NCBI RefSeq assembly: GCF_031769215.1
Contig: NW_026782025.1
Coordinates: forward strand, 1 to 64,000
From: Ylistrum balloti
Taxonomy: Eukaryota
Reading direction: 5' to 3'
Length of the DNA stretch: 64,000 nt
The notes under the pieces were generated by a model. The model saw only the letters and a program-made list of their open reading frames with translations. It had not been told where the DNA came from and made no database searches. This document shows, piece after piece, positions 1-12,748 of the stretch (positions are counted from its first letter, which is position 1; each line of letters starts with the position of its first letter). The position numbers were made by a program, and so were the translations under genes.

Positions 1-599
1 TACCATATTGAAACCACCTGAGGAATCTTGGAATTTAAAGACTCGTATATCAGACAATGAACGAGAAATGGTGGATATCATGATTGTTTACAGAATTATG
101 AACAATTATAATGGTGACACAACTGAAATATATGGCCATTATATAGGAAACAAACCGAGAGGCAACTCAGCAATACCATTTAATATTATAGATGTGATAT
201 CCGCAAATATACTTTTGGACTGAGAATTGTCGATATGTGGAATAGTCTACCAGACTAAGCAAATAGACAAATAGGCATCAAACAATCAAAGTCTCTGAAA
301 TGTAATTGGAAAATATTTGAAATGCTTGAAACTAAAAGTTTACCATAGTGCTAGCTTCAAATTAATTACAGAGAGTGCTAATTTTATGTACAATTATTGA
401 TATGGATATAGAGGCAAAACAAAGCCTGCGTCCATTTATCTTACACTGTATCACCTTGCTAGCCGAAAATAATTTGGATGGAACCCAACCGTTATTCTGC
501 ACTAAAGCACTCGACGAAAATAATGATAAAAAAAAAACCGATTCGGGACATATTTTCCCCGATATAACGTGACGTCATTATGAAGTATATTCTGTAATC

Positions 600-1410
600 C
601 ATTACATGACATTCGATTGGTAATTGGAAATGATTTTCAACACTATTATCTCTGATTTGCATGCGTAATCCTTGTCGGAGATTACATATGACGTCAATGA
701 CTCCGCGACATGTCGTACAAATTACATCTGGAACAGGCCTAGGTAACAAAGATTACGTAAGATTGCACCAAGGTATGTTCAGAATTATCTGTTTGTTTCC
801 GTCTATATAAATCAAAATGGGGGATAATCTAATTGGGAATTGATGTTGCTGCTGAATATCATGATTGTCGCAAATCGTATCGGCGACGTATACTAATATG
901 CCAATGTATAAAAATGATGTAAGGTTGCAAAATCGCATCACCATAAATTCATTCTTTAATTAAGGCATAAAATAATATCAATGGTAAGATGTTGAAAAAA
1001 GCTCTTGAATACAATTATTGAAAGCGGGCGCACTCACGAATAAAATGCTCCGACATATATACGCAGAAAGACTCGTGCTACACACTTACACCCACACACA
1101 CAAAGAATCGTGTTGGCATCCTTCAATAACAAACACATGTAAGGTATCAAAGTGTATAACACCGAAAGCAATTTGTTTAAACTCGTGCTGCATCTCTTTT
1201 AACTTATATGTAGATTGTACACCGAACAGCGACAATGTCGTGCAAAATTTAGCAGTTGTTTTACGACACGAGAGAAGTAGACAATACATCCCAGTTAACT
1301 TATGCATGGCTGTACCAGACAGCACAAAAGCTAGACGTGGCGGAAATAATTTAGGAAGTGCAGACAGACTATTAGATGATGGCGTGACCTGTCTCATTGT
1401 CAACAATCAC
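600..1410 (-). mobile_element. Degenerate reverse-transcriptase fossil of a Penelope-like element (Naiad-type), split over several frames
   Basis: Three consecutive minus-strand ORF pieces fall in RT order. 1086-1406 has LPKL...KFCTTLSLFGVQSTYKLK...IHFDTLH, resembling PKLHK...KYCDT..SGVN.MWILK...FDFSTLY. 753-944 has FL..ILVYV....QQ..QFPI..SPIL, resembling motif B QQ..GIPMG..APLL. 492-749 has TCRGVIDVI, resembling TFRYIDDVL. Alignment is by eye to a remembered consensus; boundaries are approximate. Confidence 0.5.
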
Positions 1411-3762
1411 AAAGGAGACGAGTTCTCATATGAAGTTTAGAATGAATGACTATTCTGTAACAATGTGAAAGAAAATATTTCAAAATGGAAAGGTAAGCAT
1501 TTGTTGTTCGCCTATAAGTTCTAATTAAATATCTGAAAAATAGTGTCAGGATTTACTGGAACAAAGAACAACAAATATATATAATTTGGTCGCACCTGTT
1601 GAGAAATGAATGGAATACCAAAACCGCCGTCATTTTACAGAGTATTTAGCTTATAGTCCGTGCATTTTCCTTTTGTGAAAACATGATTGATTTTCATTAT
1701 ATTTTGATAGCATTCTATAACCAATTAATGGTTTAACTTTTTTAATTCTTAATTGCTTCCTATAAAAGAGTACGAAAACTGCCCGATTCTGCTGGAACGA
1801 CCCGACAAGTTCGCTATTACAGCCAATAAATGAAAGCCACCAACGGCGACAGCAGAAATTGCAATACAACGAGGTACTTGTGTATATGTTGTATGCGGAC
1901 TGCCTGCTACCTTCATATATACACCGCACGTTTTAATCGGTATCCCCTGTCACTGGCAATAATGACAGGCCATTTTCCCAAGAAACCCCTCTGGGAATGA
2001 TGGTTCGGCAATCTCCATCACTGCGATCAATGGCAGCCAAATTGCTTCCGGCGTCTTTTCGAATGGCCAAGCATACTGGAATACCGGAAGCTGTCGGTTT
2101 AATATCGGTCTTATTTTCCAGCTGGTTAACAATTTCTGATGTCAAATGTTATCCAATTATTGTCATTTTGTGTTGGCAATGATATATAAAATAATTTACG
2201 ATAACTTTTACAAGTGGCAGATCCGTGACATTGTATACGCAACATGAAATATATTGATAGAATATTGAAATTGGGCAGATAGTTGTCGGCAACCAGGAAA
2301 TGTCAACACCAAGTTAACATTGTCTGGATCTCTAAAGGATCGTTCAAGTCTTCTGTGGTAAAGTGCCGACGTATACCGCTCTGTGGAGAAAGAGACAGGA
2401 AGGAGGATTTATAAGATTACAAAATCGCTAGGGTAGTGTTTGTGCTTAGAAGGCAATAATTCATTCATAACAGCAGCTTAATGTCTTTTTGATGGCTTTA
2501 CAAGGACTTGCCTAATACAGGTTAACATTAAATTAATACGGTAGAGTGTTGCCCCGTAAGATTGTATCTAGTTCAACACAACAAGGGCAATAACTGACGC
2601 GTAAGATATCTTCTACCTTATTTCTCTGTATGTTATAATAAAGTAGTTGCCAATGCGAGAAGGACGATAAATGACCAGGTCCATAATTTGCCAACCCAAC
2701 TTATGATTTATGGAATAAGACATGAAAAAATGCAAATTGCTATGAGAAGAAATAAAACATTATGCCACTTGTATTTAATCGTAAACATCAGTAAATATGT
2801 AAATTGAACAAAAAAATATTTTAGAAAAATAAATTTCCTCTTGTGTGTGTATGATCTTATATTTGGCCCTTACTTGTTCTAACATATCTTACTTTTTATA
2901 ACTATAATTTCTCAAATGAAGGCTTTTTTATAATTACCAGGTAGAGTTCTGAGATCACAGCCACCGTAAGTCACAACATCAACACGGTTATATACAGACA
3001 TTTGTTGTTTGAAAGCGTCAGTCGCTTTTTCGTGGCAAATTTCTGCTTGCATATAGAATAAAGGTCAAGAGCTGACGTTCTTCACGAAGAAATTTTATCG
3101 ATTTTATTTGAATGTTTGCTGATTTGCCAACCGAATCTCCATTTACTCAAAAATTGTCAGTAGTACCATATGAAAAACAACTTTAAAAACAATAAGTCAC
3201 AACTTCATTCTGAAGCTATTTTGATTTAACTTGATAAAGCCATTGACAAGTAGGTAAACCAATGATCATTGTGTAAAGGATTAAATATAGTACAAATTTA
3301 ATGCGAAACCATTAGACACCAACCTGGACTGGTTAATGACGCTTTATTTTCTGCTGTAGATACCGTTATTTAGGGCGAATAAGGCGTACGAAAGCACGAC
3401 CAGAAAAAGTTAGGTCATGGATTCCATTTAAGGTAACACACTTTTGTAGATCACTCCGAAGACCAAATATTTCGTGATTGACATATATATCACGGTAGGC
3501 TAGAAGATGTTGACATTAATAGTTCAAGAAGAAAGATCACGATGGCATTCATAGTACAGGTATGTACAACACAAGAAGAGAGAGAGTTGAAAATAGCAAT
3601 AATTCACCGACGAGAACTGACGTTCACAAAAACTGATCGGTGCACAGGGATTTGGTACGAATTCCCAACGCATGGCCCATATATATGTATTACAACTTCC
3701 AAGAAGGAAAACTGAACTTTTTAAAGGCCATAGATCTTCGTTACACATACTATTTATTTTAA

Positions 3763-4103
3763 TTATGTCTCCGGATCGAGAGGTCGGTGGCATATTGTTT
3801 TCGTGGTGTCCCTTTATCTGTTGTCAACTTTAACCTTGTCAATAACTAATGCCTAGTAACAGGTAGGGCTTTTGGGCTTTTATACACATAGCATGTGTGT
3901 TCCTTGTGACAAGACCTTCCCGATGGTACCAAACATTTTGACCATGAGACCTAACCGTGACCTTTGCACTACATTTGAAAGTTAAAAAAATTCAATACAA
4001 CAATGAAGACATAATGTGTGCACGCAATTAGCGCATGCCTTACAAAGTACATCATTAATGTCCTACTTCAGAAGTTTGTTGCAACCGCGGGCATACATCT
4101 TGT
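3763..4103 (+). mobile_element. Degenerate non-autonomous Helentron/HINE-like element
   Basis: The 5' end is an imperfect hairpin, ATGTCTCCG (3765-3773) / CGGTGGCAT (3785-3793), followed by ATTGTTTT. The body (AACTTTAACCTTG...TTCCTTGTGACAAGACCTTCCCGATGGTACCAAACATTTTGACC) resembles the core repeat of bivalve HINEs. A possible 3' end is CGCGGGCATACATCTTGT. Confidence 0.55.
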
Positions 4104-4521
4104 CTCTCCAATGAGTGTTTTGAACAACTGTCAAGTGTTGACCAAGTTCTGAAGTATTGAATTCGGAAATAAAACTAAGTAATGGGCAATGGATACATCA
4201 ATAGCTCGCAAAATCTACACTTGTGGTGGTATTAAGGACCCATGACCTTGTCCAAATAGAATATCCTTTGATGGGTTAATGTCCCATACGTTGTTCCATG
4301 TGATTTACTAGAATAAATCTGATTGAATGGCACTATTATTTACAATGATTCAAAGGGTAGAAACTGTCTTGATTATGATTAATTTGAGTCATTTACCTAA
4401 ATTAATCAGAAGGAAGCTGACATTTAGTGTAACTTAATGGAGGGATGCTGTCATACGCAATATTTATCAGAAGGAAACTTACATCCGCAATGCATGACCT
4501 TAGAACATAACATATTGCCTA

Positions 4522-4612
4522 ACTGTTCGGAGGGAAAATGATGTTTAGCACCAACGACTGTTCGGAGGGAAAATGATGTTCAGCATCACAACTGGTCGAA
4601 AGGATGTTCAGA
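4522..4612. repeat. Short tandem repeat, ~35 bp unit, ~2.5 copies
   Basis: ACTGTTCGGAGGGAAAATGATGTT starts at 4522 and 4557; a degenerate third unit starts at 4591. Confidence 0.85.
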
Positions 4613-4846
4613 ATTAATCTTTAAAAACTGACAATGGTTGATGGAAAGAAATTAACTTCCTTTAAGCATACTAAATCAGATTTGTTGTTATTGTATCGAA
4701 GTAAATTGATAACAGTTCCTGACTATCTCGTCATAGATCAGATTTTAAGGCTGATCTTTGTAGCGTTAAGACCGAGGATTGTATCTTTATTGTGCTACTC
4801 TGAATAACTGAAGAACGTTTGACTTATTCGATTTCCGAATGTACAC

Positions 4847-5910
4847 CTTTGAACCGAGTCCATGACTAATGTAAATTCCGGACATCTTTGAACCGAGTCC
4901 ATGCCTACTGTACATTCCGGTGTGTTTCACTCTTCATGGACACCTTTGAACCGAGTCCATGCCTACTGTACATTGAACCGAGTCCATGCCTACTGTACAT
5001 TCCGGAGTGTTTCACTCTTCATGGACACCTTTGAACCGAGTCCATGCCTACTGTACATTCCGGTGTGTTTCACTCTTCATGGACACCTTTGAACCGAGTC
5101 CATGCCTACTGTACATTCCGGAGTGTTTCACTCTTCATGGACACATTTGAACCGAGTCCATGCCTACTGTACATTCCGGAGTGTTTCACTCTTCATGGAC
5201 ACCTTTGAACCGAGTCCATGCCTACTGTACATTCCGGTGTGTTTCACTCTTCATGGACACCTTTGAACCGAGTCCATGCCTACTGTACATTCCGGAGTGT
5301 TTCACTCTTCATGGACACCTTTGAACCGAGTCCATGCCTACTGTACATTCCGGTGTGTTTCACTCTTCATGGACACCTTTGAACCGAGTCCATGCCTACT
5401 GTACATTCCGGAGTGTTTCACTCTTCATGGACACCTTTGAACCGAGTCCATGCCTACTGTACATTCCGGTGTGTTTCACTCTTCATGGACACCTTTGAAC
5501 CGAGTCCATGCCTACTGTACATTCCGGAGTGTTTACTCTTCATGGACATTGAACCGAGTCCATGCCTACTGTACATTTGTGTTTCACTCTTCATGGACAC
5601 CTTTGAACCGAGTCCATGCCTACTGTACATTCCGGAGTGTTTCACTCTTCATGGACACCTTTGAACCGAGTCCATGCCTGTACACGGAGTGTTTCACTCT
5701 TCATGGACATTGAACCGAGTCCATGCCTACTGTACATTGTGTTTCACTCTTCATGGACACCTTTGAACCGAGTCCATGCCTACTGTACATTCCGGAGTGT
5801 TTCACTCTTCATGGACACATTTGAACCGAGTCCATGCCTAATGTACATTCCGGAGTGTTTCACTCTTCATGGACACATTTGAACCGAGTCCATGCCTAAT
5901 GTACATTCCG
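4847..5910. repeat. Minisatellite, 58 bp unit, ~19 copies
   Basis: The unit CTTTGAACCGAGTCCATGCCTACTGTACATTCCGG(A/T)GTGTTTCACTCTTCATGGACAC is repeated head to tail. Early copies are near identical; later copies carry small deletions. Confidence 0.98.
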
Positions 5911-6665
5911 TATGTATACATACATTAAATTGACACAATTTTTTATGACTTTATACACAGTCTAATCATTAAAACAAAGTTAATAAAAATCAAACAGACC
6001 CCTAAAACAATTACATGTTGGAAAGGCAATTTCTTTATTTATTGTTTCTTATGCTGGTTTGAGTATTTTTGATTCTGCATTTCAGCGTCAGGTACAGCGC
6101 AAATTACTCAAAAATATCTGTATTATTGAAAAAATAGTACTTTAAGCGACCAGATTTTTTTTCGCCTATTTGTGATAAAACGATGCTTTTCATCTTTGTT
6201 TACGTAAGCGTAGGCAATTAAATACAAATGGCCGATAGCAAAAGTCTGAAAAATGTGTCTTTGTTTTCCACGAGGCTGATGGTATCTGCCTTTATTCTGG
6301 TACAGCAAATAAAAAAGTACGTCTCGTCTTATCCAATCATCTTGTGAAATGTCACTACGGGGCATGACGTCAGCTAATCAACTTTGATCAGATACGCGCT
6401 GGATACCATTGAGATATCAGACTTCAATGTGATTTATATTCACATGTATTATCTGCTGAAGTTTATCAAATGTAATTTTAAAAAGGATATAAATTACAGC
6501 AAATTACCGCATGTTTCATATGTACATATGTTCTTGACGCTCTTTTGAAATGAAAAAAATCAATGAAATTTGCGAATTTTGTCGAAATATAGTGATATGG
6601 CATCTCCTTTATTTAATTTTGAAATTTCTTTCGATCAAGTTTGGTTTTCCTCAGTCGCCTCCAAG

Positions 6666-6830
6666 GTTTAAAAGTCCTAGAAGGATGAAACAGATGTATG
6701 CAGTAATTTATTGATTGGCTCTATTGTATCTGGTTCTGAATTTATCTTCAAAGTTACTAATCACGTGTGTATCTCTTGAAAAGACCCTTCAAGCTGTTAA
6801 AGATATTTCATGTAGAAATGCATATTTAGA
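6666..6830 (+). mobile_element. Copy of dispersed hammerhead-bearing repeat family (core degenerate)
   Basis: AAAAGTCCTAGAAGGATGAAACAGATGTATGCAGTAATTTATTGATTGGCTCTA matches the family consensus. Stem II (GTCCT-AGA-AGGAT), GAAAC and GTA are kept, but CTGATGA is lost. Confidence 0.7.
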
Positions 6831-7392
6831 TACGAAACCTGATCTAATCTGTCAAAGATAGAAAAAATGTTTTTTCTTCCAATTAGAAAAGTTTTGATAA
6901 ATATCCATATTTGACAATGGTTTTCCAATGAGAACTACATATTAATCTCTCTTAGTGACCTGCTTGTCTGTGTTATCCATTCATTCATTATTGGCCAAAA
7001 TATTTCCTACAAAATTGAAGTAACATTATACATGACAGCTTTACTCCGTCTGTACCATTATTTACATGAAGTCCTGATTCTATGTGACAAGCCCAAGGCC
7101 GTATCTTTCCCCGAAGATCACGACTGTCAACATTTGTGAAATGTGAGCGAGATGTAGGCTGTGATAATACAGGTAGCTGTCCCCTAACAATCTAAAGATG
7201 ACACGGCCGTACCATTGTGTACTTTTAACAACGTAATCCGTTTACCAACTGTTGAGCCTTGCATGATCCACTTAAAATCAAATTCTACCTGAATTTCCAT
7301 TGGGACATAAATCATTGTCACATGCACATGTACAGGATATGTTTATCTCTTAGCGAAGGACAAATCGCCGATAAATAAACGGCGACTACCAT

Positions 7393-8995
7393 GATAATGT
7401 TTGGAGAAATGTGGTGATGTCGAGACAAAAACGATAATGTTTGGAGAAATGGTAATGTAGAGACAAAGTGATATTGTTTGGAGAAATGGTAATGTAGAGA
7501 CAAAAGCGATAATGTTTGGAGAAATGGTAATGTAGAGTCAAAAGCGATAATGTTTGGAGAAATGGTAATGTAGAGACAAAAGCGACAATGTTTGGAGAAA
7601 TGGTAATGTAGAGACAAAAACGATAATGTTTGGAGAAATGTGGTAATGTACAGACAAAGCGATAATATTTGGAGAAATGTGGTGATGTCGAGACAAAAGC
7701 GATAATGTTTGGAGAAATGTGGTGATGTCGAGACAAAAGCGATAATGTTTGGAGAAATGTGGAGATGTCGGGACAAAAGCGATAATGTTTGGAGAAATAT
7801 GGTGATGTAGGGACAGAAGTGATAATGTTTGGAGAAATGTGGTGATGTTGGAACAAAAGTGATAATATTTGGAGAAATGTGGTGATGTCGGGACAAAAAC
7901 GATAATGTTTGGAGAAATGTGGTGATGTCGAGACAAAAGCGATAATGTTTGGAGAAATGTGGAGATGTCGAGACAAAAGCGATAATGTTTGGAGAAATGT
8001 GGAGATATCGAGACAAAAGCGATAATGTTTGGAGAAATGATAATGTAGAGACAAAAGCGATAATGTTTGGAGAAATGTGGTGATGTCGAGACAAAAGCGA
8101 TAATGTTTGGAGAAATGTGGAGATGTCGGGACAAAAGCGATAATGTGGTGATGTGGAGAAGTGATAATGTTTGGTGAAATGTGGTAGGGACAAAAGTGAT
8201 AATATTTGGAGAAATGTGGTGATGTCGGGACAAAAACGATAATGTTTGGAGAAATGTGTCGATGTCGGGACAAAAGCGATAATGTTTGGAGAAATGTGTC
8301 AATGTTGTGACAAAGTTAAATGTTTCGATGTCGGGACAAAACTGATAATATTTTGAGAAATGTGTTGATGTCGGGACAAAAGTTAAATGTTTCGATATCG
8401 GGACAAAAGTAATAATGTTTGGAGAAATGTGTCGATGTCGGAATGAGAGTGATAATGTTTGGAGAAATGTGTTGATGTTGGGACAAAAGTGATATTGTTT
8501 GGAGAAATATGTCGTTGTCAGGACGAGAGTGATACTATTTGGAGAAATGTTTCGATGTCGGGATGAGAGTGTAATGTTGGTGAAATGTGTCGATGTCGGG
8601 ATGAGAGTGTAATGTTGGTGAAATGTGTCGATGTCGGGATGAGAGTGTAATGTTGGAGAAATGTGTCGATGTCGGGATGAGAGTGTAATGTTGGTGAAAT
8701 GTGTCGATGTCGGGATGAGAGTGTAATGTTGGAGAAATGTGTCGATGTCGGGACGAGAGTGTAATGTTGGTGAAATGTGTCGATGTCGGGATGAGAGTGT
8801 AATGTTGGAGAAATGTGTCGATGTCGGGATGAGAGTGTAATGTTGGTGAAATGTGTCGATGTCGAGATGAGAGTGTAATGTTGGTGAAATGTGTCGATGT
8901 CGGGACGAGAGTGTAATAATGTTGGTGAAAGGTGTCGATGTCGGGATGAGAGTGTAATGTTGGTGAAATGTGTCGATGTCGGGACGAGAATAATG
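7393..8995. repeat. Compound minisatellite, 38-40 bp units, ~40 copies, G-rich/C-poor on +
   Basis: Three unit types follow each other: GATAATGTTTGGAGAAATGGTAATGTAGAGACAAAAGC (38 bp), GATAATGTTTGGAGAAATGTGGTGATGTCGAGACAAAAGC (40 bp) and GTAATGTTGG(A/T)GAAATGTGTCGATGTCGGGATGAGAGT (38 bp). Confidence 0.98.
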
Positions 8996-10729
8996 TGAAT
9001 TATGATACAATAAGACAATGAAATATTTGAAGAACGCTTTTGTTCAAATTAAATTTGCATCATCGGTTTTGAAAACATCCAATCTTTGAAACCATGACTG
9101 GATTTCTGTTGTGTTCTGGGGGCCATTCTACCGTTCACGTGTTCGGAGTGTCGTTTATCGAACGATAGATGTGTCTTTTTAAAATATGGATAGGGTCTTG
9201 ATGAAGACTTTTGAAGATGTATAAAAATTAGAGTTAATATTCATACAAAAACTCGAGAAGACATCAAATACAGCTATAATTCATAATGGAAAGTCTCTCA
9301 AACCTAAGATACGTTTATGTTTAATTGTTTTACATATTTATCTTCAATTGAGTATTATGCTCCTTAGTCGCACTGATTACATGCATGTGACATATATCTA
9401 AATCATGTTATAAACCTGCATATTCTTGTAGCCGTGAAGAGGAATTTGAAAAAAAAAGAAAAATAGCAGGAAGTCATTGATGAAAGATAATTATCACAAT
9501 AGGTTCCCGCTCATTAACATACTTGATACTGGTTAATGTGTTAGGATTCTTTTCGAACTTCCTGTAGGCCTCGCTCAGGAGTTTTAGCAAGATGACGTGT
9601 GACTTAATTATCTCAAGTAGAATGTTGCGCTTGGCAATCAAATTAGTGCCTAACGGGGAGGTATGGGAGTAAAGGGGACTTATTACACTACTTCATTTTA
9701 CTCGCAAACTGGGAATTTTTTGTGGATTATGAACTTGTGTTTATTTTTCAAGAGGTCTTTTAATTAATTGTTTGGAAGCTACACATCTTGATTATTTCCT
9801 CTATAAAACGTGTAATGATTCTACAATAAAGGTCGCTCGGCGATTTTTTTTTGTCTTTCTTCTGTTTTTTGTTTTTGCGTTTTGTTTTGGTTTTGTTTTA
9901 AATCATTCGCTTGTAGTGTAGTAGTGTGTATACATGGTAATCGCACGACCAGTCTCTTTCAAGATATTATTGTTTGTATCGTCAATTACCTGAAGCGTGA
10001 TTTTATTTCACCTGTCTTTCCTGTCTAGGTGATCGATGGCTCTTGTAGGACTACTTGGAAGACACAACCTTCTAAAACATATGCTGTGTGAATACTTGCT
10101 TATCTTAACGTCATCACAGCGGCTAGGGCGATATGAGGACAGGTATCAAGAGTGACACCACAAGTGAAAAAAAAGGCCGGAAAGAACGGAAGTTACTGAG
10201 ATTCCCATGGTTGCAGTGGAGACAACATATCAATATGAATTGACCTCTTCAAATTTTCGTTGGTAGAATGCAGAGAAAACTAACCGTATACTGCATTATT
10301 TGTTAATTGCCTCTTACGAACATGTAGTGGAAGTCAGCGGATCATATCCTTTGGATCCGTTATGTCCGTTAAACAAGAGGCATCGGAGAACTACTCCGAA
10401 TCTGAGAGGATGTCAAACAATTAAACACCTTCCATATGTATACAGATAAATCAGGTATATCATTTCTTACGTCACTATCTGTTTCCTTATTCACACACTA
10501 GTCCCCTCATAACCACTCTCTATTTGAATTCTACAATGTATTCACCAGATGACGTCAAAATGAGATGATCCCAATTATTAAAAAAACATTAATGTCTTGT
10601 ATTGTTGAATTTCGTAGAATACATTTAAAAGCGAGAAGGATTTTTTTTACATCAAAAACTGCTATATAGAGTGTTATTGTGTTTAGCATATAATATTTCA
10701 ACAAAATCACTCACTGACTAATCTGGAAA

Positions 10730-11190
10730 GGCAATATCCCCACAAGAGACTTTACACAGCGTTAACAATCCGACACTAAAGCGTTCCACCAAGACAAATA
10801 TCACCACGTACAAAGACTTCGAGCGCAATTCCTAGTTTTTGGACGGGAGTATTGACAGAGTAAACTAATTGATGACGATGAAGGGTTTTGGGAACAAAGA
10901 TTGAATGTAATGACTCAATACAATTTAAACACACTAGATGATACGACCGAGAATTAGAATCAGTGAGAATTTTAAGGTTATACAGAAGTTGGTGTGTTTT
11001 GGTAACTATTAACAGTTAGGGGTAAAAACTGTATTGGAGATGTCTAAAAGCTTCTTAATTACGTGCTACCAGGCAAGGGTCTATAACGATCTTTATAAAG
11101 TAAATTGATGTTTCCTATCAACATTAACCTTTGTAACGATTACGCTTCCAACTGCCGACAATTCAGAGACCGAAGCAAAACGTCGAACCT
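10730..11190 (+). mobile_element. Possible 3' end fossil of a Penelope-like element with a C-terminal GIY-YIG endonuclease
   Basis: 10880-10930 translates EGFWEQRLNVMTQYNLN, similar to the PLE endonuclease C-terminal motif E.(F/Y)WI..L.T..P.GLN. About 250 bp downstream is a decayed hammerhead-like string, CTGCCGA...CAAAACGTCG. Confidence 0.35.
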
Positions 11191-12210
11191 ATCGTGTGGA
11201 GTATATCACATGGCGATCGGGCAGTGTTGTAAAATGGGGATGCAAGTTAAGGTAATGATATAGAAAGACATTGTCAAATAAGTATAAAACGGAGAATATT
11301 TACAGTGATTTTATTATAAAATGATATAATTCTGAGATTAAAATGATGATTTAAAATGGTACAATATATAATTGTTTTAAAACGCAGAATTATATCAATG
11401 CTTTTAAAAGAATATGCTACGTATTGATGTAAACAGCGATTTAAGGTGAAGATAGCTGTCGAGTTGTAACGATAGTATGTCAAACGACAATGTAAAACAA
11501 TTAGATCAGACGGGGTTCAATGACAATAACGTAAATAGGGAAGGTTTGATATTGACATTAAACGGATATAAAAACACAACTTTGTATATAGAAAGTGAAA
11601 TACCAGAGAATTACATTAAACGGAAGATAATGATGAAAATTTTTATGCTTAAAATCTAAAACAAAGAGAAAAAAAAATTGCTTTTTGGATTAACCGTTGT
11701 CGGCAATACCCATTTAACACGAAGAAGAAAGCATAACACAAGATACTTCATTTATCTACCGGAAAATGACTATTTAAAGAGCTGGTAGCTCGCTTGGACG
11801 GTGTACAAACAGTCTTTAGTGGGTGCGTAATGATGAAAAGGAAATATTTATAGTTTTATAAATAGATTAATTCATATAAGAGATAAATTATATAGAGCCA
11901 TTTTGTTGATCGTTCCCTAACGTATATAACTCTGCGGGGGTCGCAAATATCTTAAATATAAGTACTTACAAGGGGGCACTAGAGAAATGGTCCCTGGTTG
12001 ACATTAAGACTGTCAGCTGATGAGGAATGCCCTTTTCATTACAACCATGAAAAACTTCCGAGATGCTCCTTTATTGACACAAGAAACATCAATATAATAC
12101 CAACATTACAACATAGCCATACTCCAATATCAAATTCTAAAAAAAAAAAAAGACAAAAAAAAAACCCCGCAAAATATGAACAAAAGGAATATTTAAACAG
12201 AGATTCCTGA

Positions 12211-12343
12211 AAAAGGACAAGGAAATAAGACCAGGTCTTCCGGAAGAGTAAGCGTCTTCTGCTTCGTCCGCGACACCCGCTATGTACACCTTGGTCAATG
12301 TCAAGTTGTCAAATGAGAACCAGGTGTACAACATACAACAACG
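12211..12343 (-). mobile_element. 3'-terminal fragment of Naiad-type Penelope-like element (conserved 3' motif, copy 1)
   Basis: The minus strand reads GCGGGTGTCGCGGACGAAGCAGAAGACGCTTACTCTTCCGGAAGACCTGGTCTT. It is clearly homologous to the motif downstream of the RT fossil at 17235-18050 and to the copies near 29.4, 43.9, 51.6 and 55.2 kb. Confidence 0.7.
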
Positions 12344-12748
12344 GCAGAATTTTTGCTTTTTTTTTGTTTGTTTCATGATCCAATTTTTCGTTGATAACAA
12401 TTATTTCAGTACAAAAACAGAATCGTTTACGTGCCATTAAAGCAAACATACATGTGTATATATCTTTATGAATGTTTGTACGTTAACTTCCGTTAGTTAT
12501 GGAACAAATTCGTTAGGAAATGTGAAATACACGATGGAAGATTGCTGTCTCCCAAACCAGGCTAACAAAGAAGCAATAGGTCACGTAAGCTACCTCTATA
12601 TTTTGTTACAATACCCTCACAGAGTGGTTACAATGCCCTCACAGAAGTTCCGTTTTATATTCAAACTGTAAACCGATTTCTGCAATATATTGTTTTGAAA
12701 TCAAAGTCCAAATCGTGTAGACGTTGACCTTATATACAGGTTGCAGTA

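Noticed and set aside
1018-1440. 140 aa plus-strand ORF
   Set aside because: No recognisable domain. It is best explained as the antisense shadow of the minus-strand RT fossil.
4901-5882. Several 63-90 aa ORFs
   Set aside because: They are artefacts of the 58 bp repeat, whose unit length is not a multiple of 3.
4847-8995. CRISPR-like appearance of the regular arrays
   Set aside because: There are no unique spacers and no cas genes, and the context is eukaryotic.
7318-9018. Long ORFs of 166-490 aa on the minus strand
   Set aside because: They are translations of the 38-40 bp array. The C-rich strand lacks stops by composition, and the frame shifts with each unit.
12227-12280. HDV-like ribozyme interpretation of the PLE 3' motif
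   Set aside because: A P1-like stem and following GG are present, but there is no convincing P3, P4 or J4/2 with the catalytic C. It is kept only as a possibly structured motif.
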